Assembly (NCBI GenBank): GCA_002633005.1
Contig: NMRA01000180.1
Location: forward strand, 146,125 to 210,124
Source of the DNA: Phoronis australis
Lineage: Eukaryota > Animalia > Phoronida
DNA: 64,000 nt
Direction: 5' to 3'
The position numbers and the translations under genes were made by a program. Below are positions 1 through 12,400 of this stretch, piece after piece. The notes under the pieces were generated by a model. The model worked only from the letters and a program-made list of their open reading frames with translations, was not told where the DNA came from and made no database searches. How positions within the stretch are numbered: position 1 is the first letter of the stretch; every line of letters begins with the position of its first letter.

Positions 1-454
1 GATATTAAGTGGTTGTACGTAGGTGAATTTGGTCGCGATTTTTCGCTGACAGGAATCCAGTACGTCAATCTGAACGAGAACGACAGAATGTCTGTGCGAG
101 AAGGAGATGTGCCTGCCATTTACAAAACGACAGGAGAAGTTCAGGTTGCGTCGTCCGTTGTCAATGTGGAGTTCCAAATAGGCACGACGAGTGCGTTTAC
201 CAACAGAGCTTCATATCCCTACGCATTTTCTAACACTGACGTCACCGGATCAGGAAAGCACGACTCGTTGTTAAATCTTTATATATCCCGGTTTATGTAC
301 GTCACTGCTCCTGTTGGTGTTTTAGAGAGAAATGCATCAGACATCGAAAACGTCACAGTTACTGTGAGCAACTCTATTAACTCGGAATCTGCCTCAACTT
401 CGGTGAAAGTACAAAAACCAATCTCTGGTTTACAGCTCAATGGGTCATACATTG
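1..454 (+). CDS. Exon 1 in window (5'-truncated): extracellular region ending in a PKD-like strand
   Basis: Open frame from base 1; ends ...ENVTVTVSNSINSESASTSVKVQKPISGL; donor g|gtaagc at 455, phase 1. Confidence 0.85.
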
Positions 455-3400
455 GTAAGCACATTTCAATTTTTTGTTTTTCACAAATTGCTATTTGATT
501 ACACCTTCTTGGACAAACTTCATAAAGCCTCGGAACGTGCGCACGATAACGTCACACGGAAATTGACCAATACTCTGATGAATGACATTAATTGTATTCT
601 CTAGAGCTGCACCTGCTGATTCAACCTTCCCGTTCGTGCTGGATCAGCCGCATTTAATCAATAGTCTTGAACATTACATTGGTTCTCAGTGACAAATTCA
701 AGCATTCAAATCAATCAGTGATTCTTTCAGGATCAAAAATCTGAAAAATAAGATCATTTTGAAATCACGTAAAATCACGTGAGTAAAAGGTGAATGTTTA
801 GCGAGTACGGTTGAGATCCCACAAAGCGTACCTTAGTGAAACGACGGCCTCTAAAATGTCTCGTCCATGACGTTGATATGTAGAATAATGAAAAAAGACT
901 AGCTGATTTTATTTTATTATTGTGGGTTTATCGACGCAAGTGCTTCCTGGGTTTCTCGCGTGTCTTTCGAACACAGCCCAAGGATGCGTGTCGTACTACA
1001 TGTAGTGTGATCACTTTTTTAAATGTAATGCATGGTGATATGTCACAAAACATGTGTGCTTTTGCTGTCTAAGTCGGTGATAATTGAAACGAGCCCTTTC
1101 GAATAGTTCCATCGTTCACTCGGGTCCAGCAAGCTGCTGCGGTAGCCTACGGAAACAACGTGTCATTTACGTGGTCTCCCGGCGATGTAAATTCAACAGA
1201 GGAGACTGTTGAAAGTGAGGAATTAACAGCAAAAGCCGAGTTCGTCTACACCGCAGCAGGAGTATACGAGTGGAGATATAGAGCGTGGAACATGATCAGC
1301 TCAGAGGAGGCTTCGGTAAGATGAGGGCAAAGTAAATGAAGTTAGTTGTCACTAGTTTGGTAAAGCTAGGAGTTGCATTAAACATGTACACGAGACAGAC
1401 GCATGTCACACCATTCACTCACTCTCAGTTCTACAAAACATGTTACCAAATTGAAACTCTTTTGCGATGACAAGTTTGCGACTGGTACCACATTGTCAGA
1501 CTACGTCAACTGTGTGATGACGTCAAGCGAGCCCTGGTGTGTTTCGTAAAAAGTGACGTGAGTCTTATGTCAGAAACTTGGTCTTACCCTCCACACACCA
1601 ATTCTTGAAAAATGATTAAATATCAAGTCTTCTACATGGGGGGCGCACAATAGGGGACTGGGGGGCTAAAGCCTTCTATCCACTTTTTTCAGTGCTACGC
1701 CGCACATGATCTATAGGCGGTGTGCTAGAGGGGGTGCTGAGGGGGCTTTAGCCACCACTTTTTTCAGTGCTGCGCCGCCCATGTTTTAGAATATGCACCT
1801 AAGTGCTAGTTGTTGGGAACATGTTTACAAATTATTTCTAAACTATGACGCGCGCTTATAATTAACTAGCCAAATCTTTGATCAGGAACTATCAAGTAAG
1901 ACTAAATTCCTGTCTTAAATCATAAGCCACTTTTCATGAAACAGGTCCCTGGTGTATTCTTCCTTAAAGAGGCCTGGAATGTGATAAACTAAGACTAAAT
2001 TGCAATATTGAAAGTGGTTCTCTGCCACTGAAACAGAATTCAACCTGCTCACCAGATATTTTATTGTTTGGCCGTAGATATGTAAAATCTGTTGATATCA
2101 AAGCATTTTTAGTTCCAAATTTGAAAAAAGAGATCTGTCAACTGCTCGCTACTTCGTCGTTTTTACACCAACAAGGCAAAGCACGTCCCCTTATTTCATA
2201 TGGCAAGACGTAGATATAAATGTAGCATATTTCCCTTATATATGCATATATACGAACGCAACGGAATAAACAATGTGAACAATGAAAAGTGTCGTGCATT
2301 TAACAAATTCTGTATATATAAAATTATATATATGTGGGAAATGTGACCTTTGACCTCAAGTGAATTCAAGCAATTGACTGTTAGCGCATGTGCGCATTTA
2401 TCATAAGTGGGAGTGAGATTGGAAACTCTGTGGTTACCACGCAATTTTTCCTTCGCGCGTATTTTGAAAAATCGTGAATTTTATGATTTTTTCTAGAAAT
2501 TTCCTCTCAGAATACTCACAGTGTATGTGGCACTTCTTTTAAGTAAAAACATTAAATTATAAGATTGCAATTTAGTCATTAACTTGAAAAGAAGTTTTAG
2601 CAAAATTAAGATTCGGTAACACTGGCTAACTCACGTCAATATCCACTCTGTTTACTGCATTCCCATAGGGCAGGGTGTATTTTCAAGTCTGGTTTCGTGA
2701 CCAATCAATGGAAATTATGAAATACCTCACTGTCAACTTTTTCAGCAAAATATTACTGTTGAAGATTTACTGTTCAACGTTAGTGTCTCCCCAACGACCT
2801 TCCCGGCAACTGTTAGAGGACAGCTCACGATGATAAGAATTGAGAAAAGCCAAGGTACTTATTGAAGCGTCACGAAAATCTAGGTCTGACAAATTTCTTG
2901 GTTTTTAAGGTGTGAAGTCTTAGATAGGATGTTATTTGTAGCTGTTTTGACTGGGAAACGCTCGTTTAGTTTTCAACAACACAAGTGCTCCTAGTTAGAA
3001 GTGTTTGACATTTCTTAAACATTAAGTGTGGTTCTAGCAATGAAAAATAATTTGTATCATTTCAATGCACAATTAAAGTTACAGACGGCTTGCTTGTTTT
3101 TGTTGACACAGTTCTCACTTGTAATGCTACATGTCCGCATATTAAATTTAACTTGTTAAATGCATTTATAGTTATTATTTTGACATTTGTCACTTTATTT
3201 TGACATCAACCCTTAGGGTTTATTTTTAAGTATTCCCATACTGCCATGATGACGTTTTTTCCATGGCCATCTTGCAGAGTCTTATTTAGTTCTTTCTATT
3301 TACGTCATAATAAATAATACTATTCGCAATCCTCCTCTTGTTTTACTCTGCAACATAGCTCGTGGCGTACCCCGGGCAAAATAGATTACGATAAATGTGC

Positions 3401-6400
3401 TTTTATGTCACAGAAAGAGGTGGTAAAAGTACTTTCTTATTAATTTTGAGGTCTGGTGTCATGCACATACTGCTCATTACAATGTTACTGTCTTTTAAGG
3501 TGAGCCTGCCGACTTCATCGTGGACCTCGGGGATTCTACAGTTGTGAAAGGTATGTTTACCACTTAAACAACTGACAGATCATTGGTATTTTGGTAGTAA
3601 ATAGCATTACGTAGTGGATATGCCAGTGCAGGTCGACGAGCGTTATGCTTTAATATAGGCTAATGTACATTTTACGTGCGCCATTTCATTTTTCCTCGAT
3701 TATTTATTGCAGTGTGATTTAATGCCCTGTTCATTCTACATCACTATTTTACAGCAGTTTGTCATATTTTCAGCTAAATGAGTCACTAGCGCTGGGATAT
3801 TTCCGCGACAACAATATGGATTGTACAATAAGCAGCAATGGACAAAATCCGTTGGTCTAGTTTTCCACAAACTTATTCTAATGACACAAATACAGCTATG
3901 GAGATATTCTGGAAAGAGTAATGCACCTGATAGAAGGACCAATAAACGTTAGGTGGCCAAATTCTATGAGACTGCAAATGTAATTAATTTCAATGAACAG
4001 GCATCTTTCAGTCAGAACCTCCAACGATATAATGTCTGCAGGAACAGCTTGAGGAATCGCCTAGAAAACCATGTCCCCGTCTGACACAAGAACTTAGCAT
4101 TTGAGAACCTTAGTTATGGAAATGTAGGAATACAAATTTTGCAAAGGCAAGTTGGCATCAGTCAGGCTACCAGGAAAAAAGAAAAGGTCTACTACAGGAG
4201 TTCTCGGAAACGAGTATGCTGACTAAAACAGGTCAATCTTTGTGACTTCTTGGTGTTTGCTTCACTCCTCGACTTCTTTTCTATCAGATTCGCTGGTAAC
4301 GTCAAATCTTGCCTGTATTGTGGTTCCGTTACAACAATTTTTTGGAACCGTCGATATCAGCGATTTTTGTCCACCGCTGCTTTGCGTATTGCCGAATTTT
4401 GTTTATACGTCTGCGCCTTCTGAAATATGTGGGCACTGTTGTGAAACACAAACTGGCGATGAAGCATGAAATATGGTGCTTTTGGAATTCCTTGTAGAAA
4501 AATAAATTGGACGTTTGCACCTCGTACAAATGAGCAGTTTAGGCGGCAAATCGGAGCTCATACACGGTGCCAGGGAGGAGCGACAGTGCAAAATCATGAT
4601 TACTCTGACTCCTTATTGGTTAACAGAACATTCGGACATCTTGATAGGTTGGAAATTGGAAATCACATCAGGTGTAACTACTTGTGACCAATCTGATAAC
4701 AGACCATTTCGCTAAAATAATCTCGGACATTNGATGTTTGATTCACTCCTCGACTTCTTTTCTATCAGATGCGCTGGTAACGTCGAATCTTGCCTGTATT
4801 GTGGTTCCGTTACAACAATTTTTTGGAACCGTCGATATCAGCGATTTTTGTCCACCGCTGCTTTGCGTATTGCCGAATTTTGTTTATACGTCTGCACCTT
4901 CTGAAATATGTGGGCACTGTTGTGAAACACAAACTGGCGATGAAGCATGAAATAAGGTGCTTTTGGAATTCCTTGTAGAAAAATAAATTGGACGTTTGCA
5001 CCTCGTACAAATGAGCAGTTTAGGCGGCAAATCGGAGCTCATACACGGTGCCAGGGAGGAGCGACAGTGCAAAATCATGATTACTCTGACTCCTTATTGG
5101 TTAACAGAACATTCGGACATCTTGATAGGTTGGAAATTGGAAATCACATCAGGTGTAACTACTTGTGACCAATCTGATAACAGACCATTTCGCTAAAATA
5201 ATCTCGGACATTAGCTATGTTGGTATTAACCGTATTAAACACGGTTAAAGCTTTCAAATATTTGAAAGACGTCTGTATTTAAGCGGAAACTTTCACTTCT
5301 GCGTGTGGTGGCTTTTTGAGAGAGTATATTTCTAATACCGGAAATTAACATCGTCAGTACGGTTAGATTAAATCGATCTATTCCACCCAACTGCGTGATC
5401 GCTGACGGTAACAAGGCGTCCATACCAAGTCATGGGCACTACGGCACCGACACACTGGAAACTGGGTGTTTCATTACATAACATTGTACAGTATTACTCC
5501 TATGGTTGTGGTGCTGTGTAAGAGTGTTGCCGCCAAATTATCAAACGACGCCCACAATGCTGAATTGCAATATACACGCACGCGCACGTACACTAAACCA
5601 TGGCATGCGCACTTAGGCCCTAGACACACGGGCAATTCTCGCTAAATAAGTTCATAAGGTTGGTAGTATACAAATTGATTGTTTCTTATTTTCACAACCA
5701 CAAAGGCATTTATAACTTGACAGTTTGTTTTCCTCTCAGCAGCCATCTTCCGAAGGTACTGGACACTAGGTGGCGTGGTGATGAAGCTGTTCCAAATTTT
5801 AGGCAACTGAAATACCCTGCATCGTCTCTGTTCATAATTGGGTCACTTTTCCTGACTCATATAGACTCTCTTATACGTCTAGATCTTAAACTATTTTCCC
5901 ACTCAATAGGACAAGCATCATCCCAGTTAATTACATAGTTACAACCAAGCTCATGATCAGTCACTGCAGATTTGTTAATAGTACTCTGAGACCATGCCTT
6001 CTCTAAACGTGTGGCCCTGAGATAGCTCATCCACATCTTTTCTGTGTTCGTTAAGCCTGATTGAAAACTCATGCCCAGAGGATGATCCGGGAATTTCTGT
6101 ATGGCATGTCAATGACATAGACTTCGTACACTGCGAGTACATTGTAACTTTGTTGTAGCGTTGTGTACGAGTTCAGCAAAATGCGACTAATGTGGAAAGA
6201 TTGAACAAGTGCACAATATTACACTGCCCGGTGTTTATAAATCTTTTTCACAAGTAAGCAGGAACAAACTTTATTTAAAGGAGAATGCCACCCGATTTAA
6301 TTAGTCTTTTTTACTTTTTTAATTGGTCTACATGTATATCCACATTCCTCTTAAACGGTCGACCTCACCTTGCCGAGAGGTGTCGCATTAACCTGTGAGG

Positions 6401-9400
6401 AAGGTGAGAAATGACGCAGCGACGTCAGTGGTTCGTCTGCAGAGTGAATGCCGCTATATTGCAATGTATCGTTCCCGCTTGTCCGAACTATGAAGCTGCG
6501 AAGAAAACGAGTTTAACGTTTTTTCGACATCCTCGAGAGCCCAAAATGCTTAGCAAGTGGCTCGAGGTAGTGAAGAATGAAAGATAGGTTGTCAATAGCA
6601 AGTATGAGGCCGTGAAACCTCACCGTGTCTGAGGCCGGCATTTCGTCGACAGTGATATCTCTGACAAATCCTGGCTTACCAAAGAACTATCCATATGTTC
6701 CGTTGCATGTGCATGTTCACGGTGCCTCTGTAGTATTTTGATCAGTGTATTCCGGTTCGAACTGATAGCCTGTGAAACCTAACGATCCGACCCGTGAGCC
6801 TGAGCTCTTGACTAAGTCGGGATTGGAGCGGGGCCAGTTGCCGTTTATTAGTACACGTTTATTATTCTGGGTTCTGTTTCGAAATGAATTATTCTCAGCG
6901 TAACCAATGCTTATATGAAACTGAAACAAAATCTGTCTCATTAGATACAAATTGTAATGCCTTGGAGTGCTCGTGATTGCAAATGTTTTGAAAAGCCAGT
7001 AATGAATAAACCACTGCGTTACCGGCTTTTGATGCCGGCAACAAAGGTAATTGACCAGGTACCGAGGCCGTGTGAGCGCATGCTTATTCAGTGTTTGGTG
7101 ACAGAAAGCTGTTGTGAAGCAATTACTCGATTTTATATGCTATGGTCACATGTTAGGGGAATCTTTATTTAGAAATACAAATACATTATTCAAATCAATG
7201 TTACTGTACAACCTTTGCCCTGACCGTCTGTGGAAGGGAAACCCGACATCAAAGCCCCCGTGTGAAACCAATTACGTCATTAGATAATTATAACACCTCT
7301 GTCTACCGTCAGGTGTCAGGTAACGCAACCGAACGTGCCGTTGTCGAGTAGAACTACTCGATCTAACTTGATACAAAATAGGTTGCTTTTTGGGTGGCAT
7401 TCTCCTTTGATAATAAAAGTGAAGGAAAATTTAACTCAATGCAATTCAGTTTGTTTCTATTTTCAGTCACTAGCGACAACTTCACGATATCTGGTGACCC
7501 CGAGGAAATGGTGTTTCGACGCAGGACTAATATGACCTTACTTTCATCGCCCATGGAGACCATTACGGGAGGTACATTGTACTTTTTGTTTTACATTGAG
7601 GTACAATAATTTAAGCGACTTCATTGGACAACAATTCACATATAGCTTTTGAATCTGTCAGAATTCCTTTTACCACTGAGGAAAGACTTAGAATTGCGTT
7701 CAAAGTATTCCAGAGGAAGCTTCAGAGTGGGCGATGCCTTAAGGGAAACCGTGTTAAAACGCTGTCGTGATGGGTAATGCTTGAGTTCCTACAATATGTT
7801 AAAAGCATCATACTGGCCACACTGAAGTCGTAAAATGGCTCAAAATGGCATATTTGCCTGAGTTTGAGTGTTCAAGCAAGTCGTGTTTTATTGTGTTGCT
7901 AAAGGACCACCTAATACAAACAGAATTGCAAAAGTCTGTTCGATCGACGAAGCCTTTGAGTCTTACAGTGAACTTTTTGCGAGACGCATATTCGGGTTTT
8001 TCTTAGTATGTCCACGATTGTCAAAGTATGTCGGGAATCGTGTTCTTTGATTGTTATCACGTCTGCGTTGCGTTTCAGTAATTCGGCGCTTTGTTAGCGC
8101 TGTTAGTCTCACCTTTTATAAAATAACTTCTCTTCAGTTCCTAAGTACGTAGACCATGTCTGTTCACATAAAGTGGCATAAGCTAGTACTACCTCAACCA
8201 ACAATTGGTTACAATAGCAGTAGAACAAGTTAACACCGAGAGTGAAGTCGATTAAAAGGAACAGGTTTGTGCCTATTTCTCTAAAACATTGAAATATGGA
8301 CAACATGGACGTACCTGCCACTGGTGTCTACAACACAGAATGCGATTATTTGCAGCCACCTTTCGCGTCTGTCTACGTAAGTGCTTGCTGCATCCTGAAG
8401 ACAACTTTAAGTGCAAGTCGTTCGAGTATAACAGAACTTCCAATAATTGCTACTTGAGAAATACAACTATAAACTGCAATAACAGCTGTATCGAACTTAG
8501 GAGAACGTGGGACTCAGATGTGTATGAGCTAAAGGAAGGTGAGTCGTTTGAGTTTATCGTTATCGTAAAAATTCGTCCATACATTAGTCTATTTGCTGGT
8601 CTGTACTCATAGTTAAGCAGATGTTAAAAGTCGTCTCCGACGAGCAATTAATAAAATTGTGAAATGTAACGCAACGAAAGTCCGTTCAAAAGTGTACTAA
8701 AATCCCAAGCTTCGAGCATTGGAAGTGTTGGCGTTCGTTTGAATACAAATTAACTTCTACACTGTATGTATGGATTTGTAGTGGTTAAATGATAATGAAC
8801 CCTCGTTTTGGTGATTTCAACCGATCCTCGTTCTGTCAACTGCTAATGCATCGTTGGCGGACTTGAGTTATAAAAGCAAGTTTTACCTAAAAACTCAAAT
8901 TCTCTGTCATGGATTAAATATTATGGTTCTCGGTGGGTGGTTTTTCCTACAGGTGTCATGTAACTCGCTTCAGGCGTAAAGCACACATCACGAATTTTTG
9001 TCCGACCGGTCGGAAATTGGTCGACGACCGGTCGACGACCGGCCGTCTAGCTGACCAGCAGCCGACTAACAATGGTCTGCTGGGAGCCGTCTGCTGAGTC
9101 GCCTCCGCGGTCGGCTCTTGGGTTGGCAAAGTGGTCGCCTAGCATAGACGATCAATTCGGATTATGCGTTTCCTCGGTCGGCAATTGACTTAGCGGGTGA
9201 AGTTTGGCCAAACAAACATACATTTACCTATTAGCTGTTCGTTCACCAGTAGCCACTCCAGTCTTGACATCGGTTTATCAATTTTTGTTCAACTATTGAA
9301 AGGGGGTAAAATCGAATCAACCTACAAATACGAATTGCGTGAAATTGCACCAACGTAAACGTTATGTTGAATTGCGGACGGCGTGGTAAAATTAAACGTT

Positions 9401-12400
9401 AAATGATTACGTGGAAACATAATTTCGCACTCTAGATGTGAAACTTTTATGAATTATGCATAAAAAAGTATCCACAACCAGGAAATTTGAAATGTGTCAG
9501 TAAATTTGCATACAGTTCCAGGGCAGTAGGAAGTGGGGGAGGCGGGGCGGGCACGGGCCCTCGCAAAAATTTTCAAACGTCTGGGTTAAACCGTGGCAAC
9601 CCCCATAGGCGTGGTGCCGGGGACAGTGGAAAATAGAAAGGCTGCAAAAAACGGATAACACAGAAAACTCAAGACAACATTTAACAAATCTGCATCAGTG
9701 CATAGTTTACCTTTTGAGGACCCAGGCCAGGACATTGTCGTTAGGGTCTTCGCTTTTTCAGCACAGGTCGACTAGACGAACACATATATTTCGAAAAAAA
9801 CGAGAGAATTTGTAAAGCGAAGTTTTTGCAGGGCGTACTAATTTACTGTTTGTTTAAATTCAATAAGTCAATTTTGTGAATGCAAAACTATATTTTTCTA
9901 GAGGCCCCTCTCTGGCAAGGGATAACGGTCACAACTTTCGCTTTATTTTTTTCTCGAAACTGTATATCACTTGCGAAAAATTGATGACCTGACAGATAAC
10001 ATCAATTGCCGCGCATTTCTTGATATTTGAAAATACAGAAATTTTCATATTGAGGGGCCCCGCTTTTGAACGAGGCCATTGATGCCATTCAATTGGCCAC
10101 CTTTTTGTGTTTTTATTAAGAAATTCTTACGGGGCCGCTCACGATGAAAGGGTCCAATGTTGGAATCGATTACCTCTATTTTCCTGTTTTTGTGAAATCG
10201 TGCTTTCATGTTGAAGGAAGCCACCTCCCGCATCGTTTTGGACCACACGAGGGTGTAATGAACTGTCACTTTTTCCCAAGCTTAATGATGTTTAGGCTTT
10301 CATCTTAAGGTGTCCCATTTCAGAAGGTACCCTCTCTCGTTGGAGCTGTAGGGGAAATGTCCCTTTGTCCCACTATGTACATGTATATCTGCGCGTGCCG
10401 GACAAGTGTACACAGGCAGTATATCTACGCGTTCAAGACAGGTGTACACAATCAATTATGGTTGATAAAATATATTACAAATGATTCTTTAAAATAGATT
10501 AATTTCGACTATTTCTAAGAATGGTATGACATGTTTTAAGATGTTGACAAGAATTTATATTAACAAAAGGTGTATTATAAGATCTAAGTTTCTCATCAGC
10601 CCTAGTAATTTATACGAATTTTTGTCACTGACCAAAAAACGATCCGTAAATGATGATCAGACTGATATATGTGAACGATGATCAGTCTCATCAGAATTCA
10701 TATCAACCAAAATGGAGGTGTAAGATTTTTACACAAGCATTACTTATCCTAAGGTCAGAAAATATGATTAAAACAGTGAATAAGATGAACTGTATACTCA
10801 GTGTCTATTTTGTTACGTACAAGGTCATTAAGATTGACGGTAAATATAAAGGGCAAAACTAAGCCTTTGAACTATCAAGGAGCAATGCATACAGAAGTAA
10901 GCAACAGTCAGGGCACGGACTTCTGTGTACATCCTGAGGGGCGTACATGTAGCTAGGATGGAGGGAGATTTGTCTCATGGGGATCACTCTCCTGAGGTGA
11001 GCAGGGGCGGATACAGGATTTTGATTTAGGGGCGACCAGGGCGGACATTCGCACCCCCGAGATGCCAAATGGAATCTGTGAGAATTTTAGGGGGGTATTG
11101 CCCCCTTGTCCCCTACCCCTAAATCCCTCACTGCTTACGTAAACTTTATGAAACTGGACCAATTAATGGGCTTTTTGCACACTTGTCAGAGTCAGACAAA
11201 TGAGTTGTTGTGTCACGTGACCATCACGAGGAGGTGCTTATAAAATTAGGTAGCCTCGTATAGCAAGGCGTCCCAGTGAGTGTTTGAAACGTGCAAGTAT
11301 CGCCTGTTGAGTGACCATATCTGACGAGTGCAGTTTTCAAATGCATATTCTATGCTACTGTTACTGAGTGCCGAAGCGTGTCAGTTTGCGTTCTTTCCAG
11401 GAATAGTCATGAAAAAATGCATGGAAAACTATGCCTCGACATTGTTGTTCTCAATGCAGAAAAAAAGAATCATTATCAGATAAATACATGCAAGGTTGGG
11501 TTGGATAAATTTAATTCAACCGACATCACAACAGTCGCGTTTCAGATTACACTCTTTCCAAGAATCGTCATGAAAAATGCATGAAAACTGTGCAGGGTAA
11601 AGAATCGTGATCAGATAAATACATGCAAGGTTGGTTAAATTTAATTCAACCGACATCACAACAGTCGCGTTTCAGGTTACACTCTTTCCAAGAATCGTCA
11701 TGCTTGAAAACTGTGCCTCGGAGTTGTTGTTCTCAATGCAGGGCAAAGAATCGTTATCCGATAAATACATAAGTACACAAACTTTCTCTTGTACTACACA
11801 AGGTTGGCTGCATTCAATTCAACTGACATTACAATAGTCGCGTTTCAGTTTGCGTTCTTTCCAAGGATTGTCATGAAAAAATGCTTGAAATGCTATTCCC
11901 AGAAATTGTTGTTCACAATGCTGGGTCACCCAGAATTGTTATCAGTTTTCTGTGTTTTTGATTTTTTGGCCCCGTTAATTATCCTCAGAAATTTCAGGCA
12001 ACATTTACAATTTCTATTTATTATTATTACTGAGATCATGAATGAGTTAATCCATAACACAAACTATTTCACTGTCCAGCAGCTTCTATAATTTTTACAA
12101 TACCACAAAAATGAGAACATTTTAGCATCAGAAATATTACATTCAAGTAAGTCAGGCCTGCGAACGTCTGATACAACGTGTATCAGACCGCCTGCAATTA
12201 TATATTTTAAGTCAGGCAAACACATTTTGATTAATAATCCACTGGTGCCACCTGCCGCCCCGAAGTGTTGTACCAGAGGTTTCCAGTTTAATACCATCCT
12301 GCAGCCATCTTATTACTGCATATGAATTTATGTAATTACATCACGTTTCGTCCCTTGTAATTACTAAACGTAAATCGAAACATCAGAACGTTCTAGAAAC

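Noticed and set aside
3700-4730. Possible transposase remnant
   Set aside because: No recognisable motif in the frames I translated.
11376-11925. CRISPR-like repeat array
   Set aside because: Long degenerate units without unique spacers, eukaryotic context and no cas genes; it is a minisatellite.
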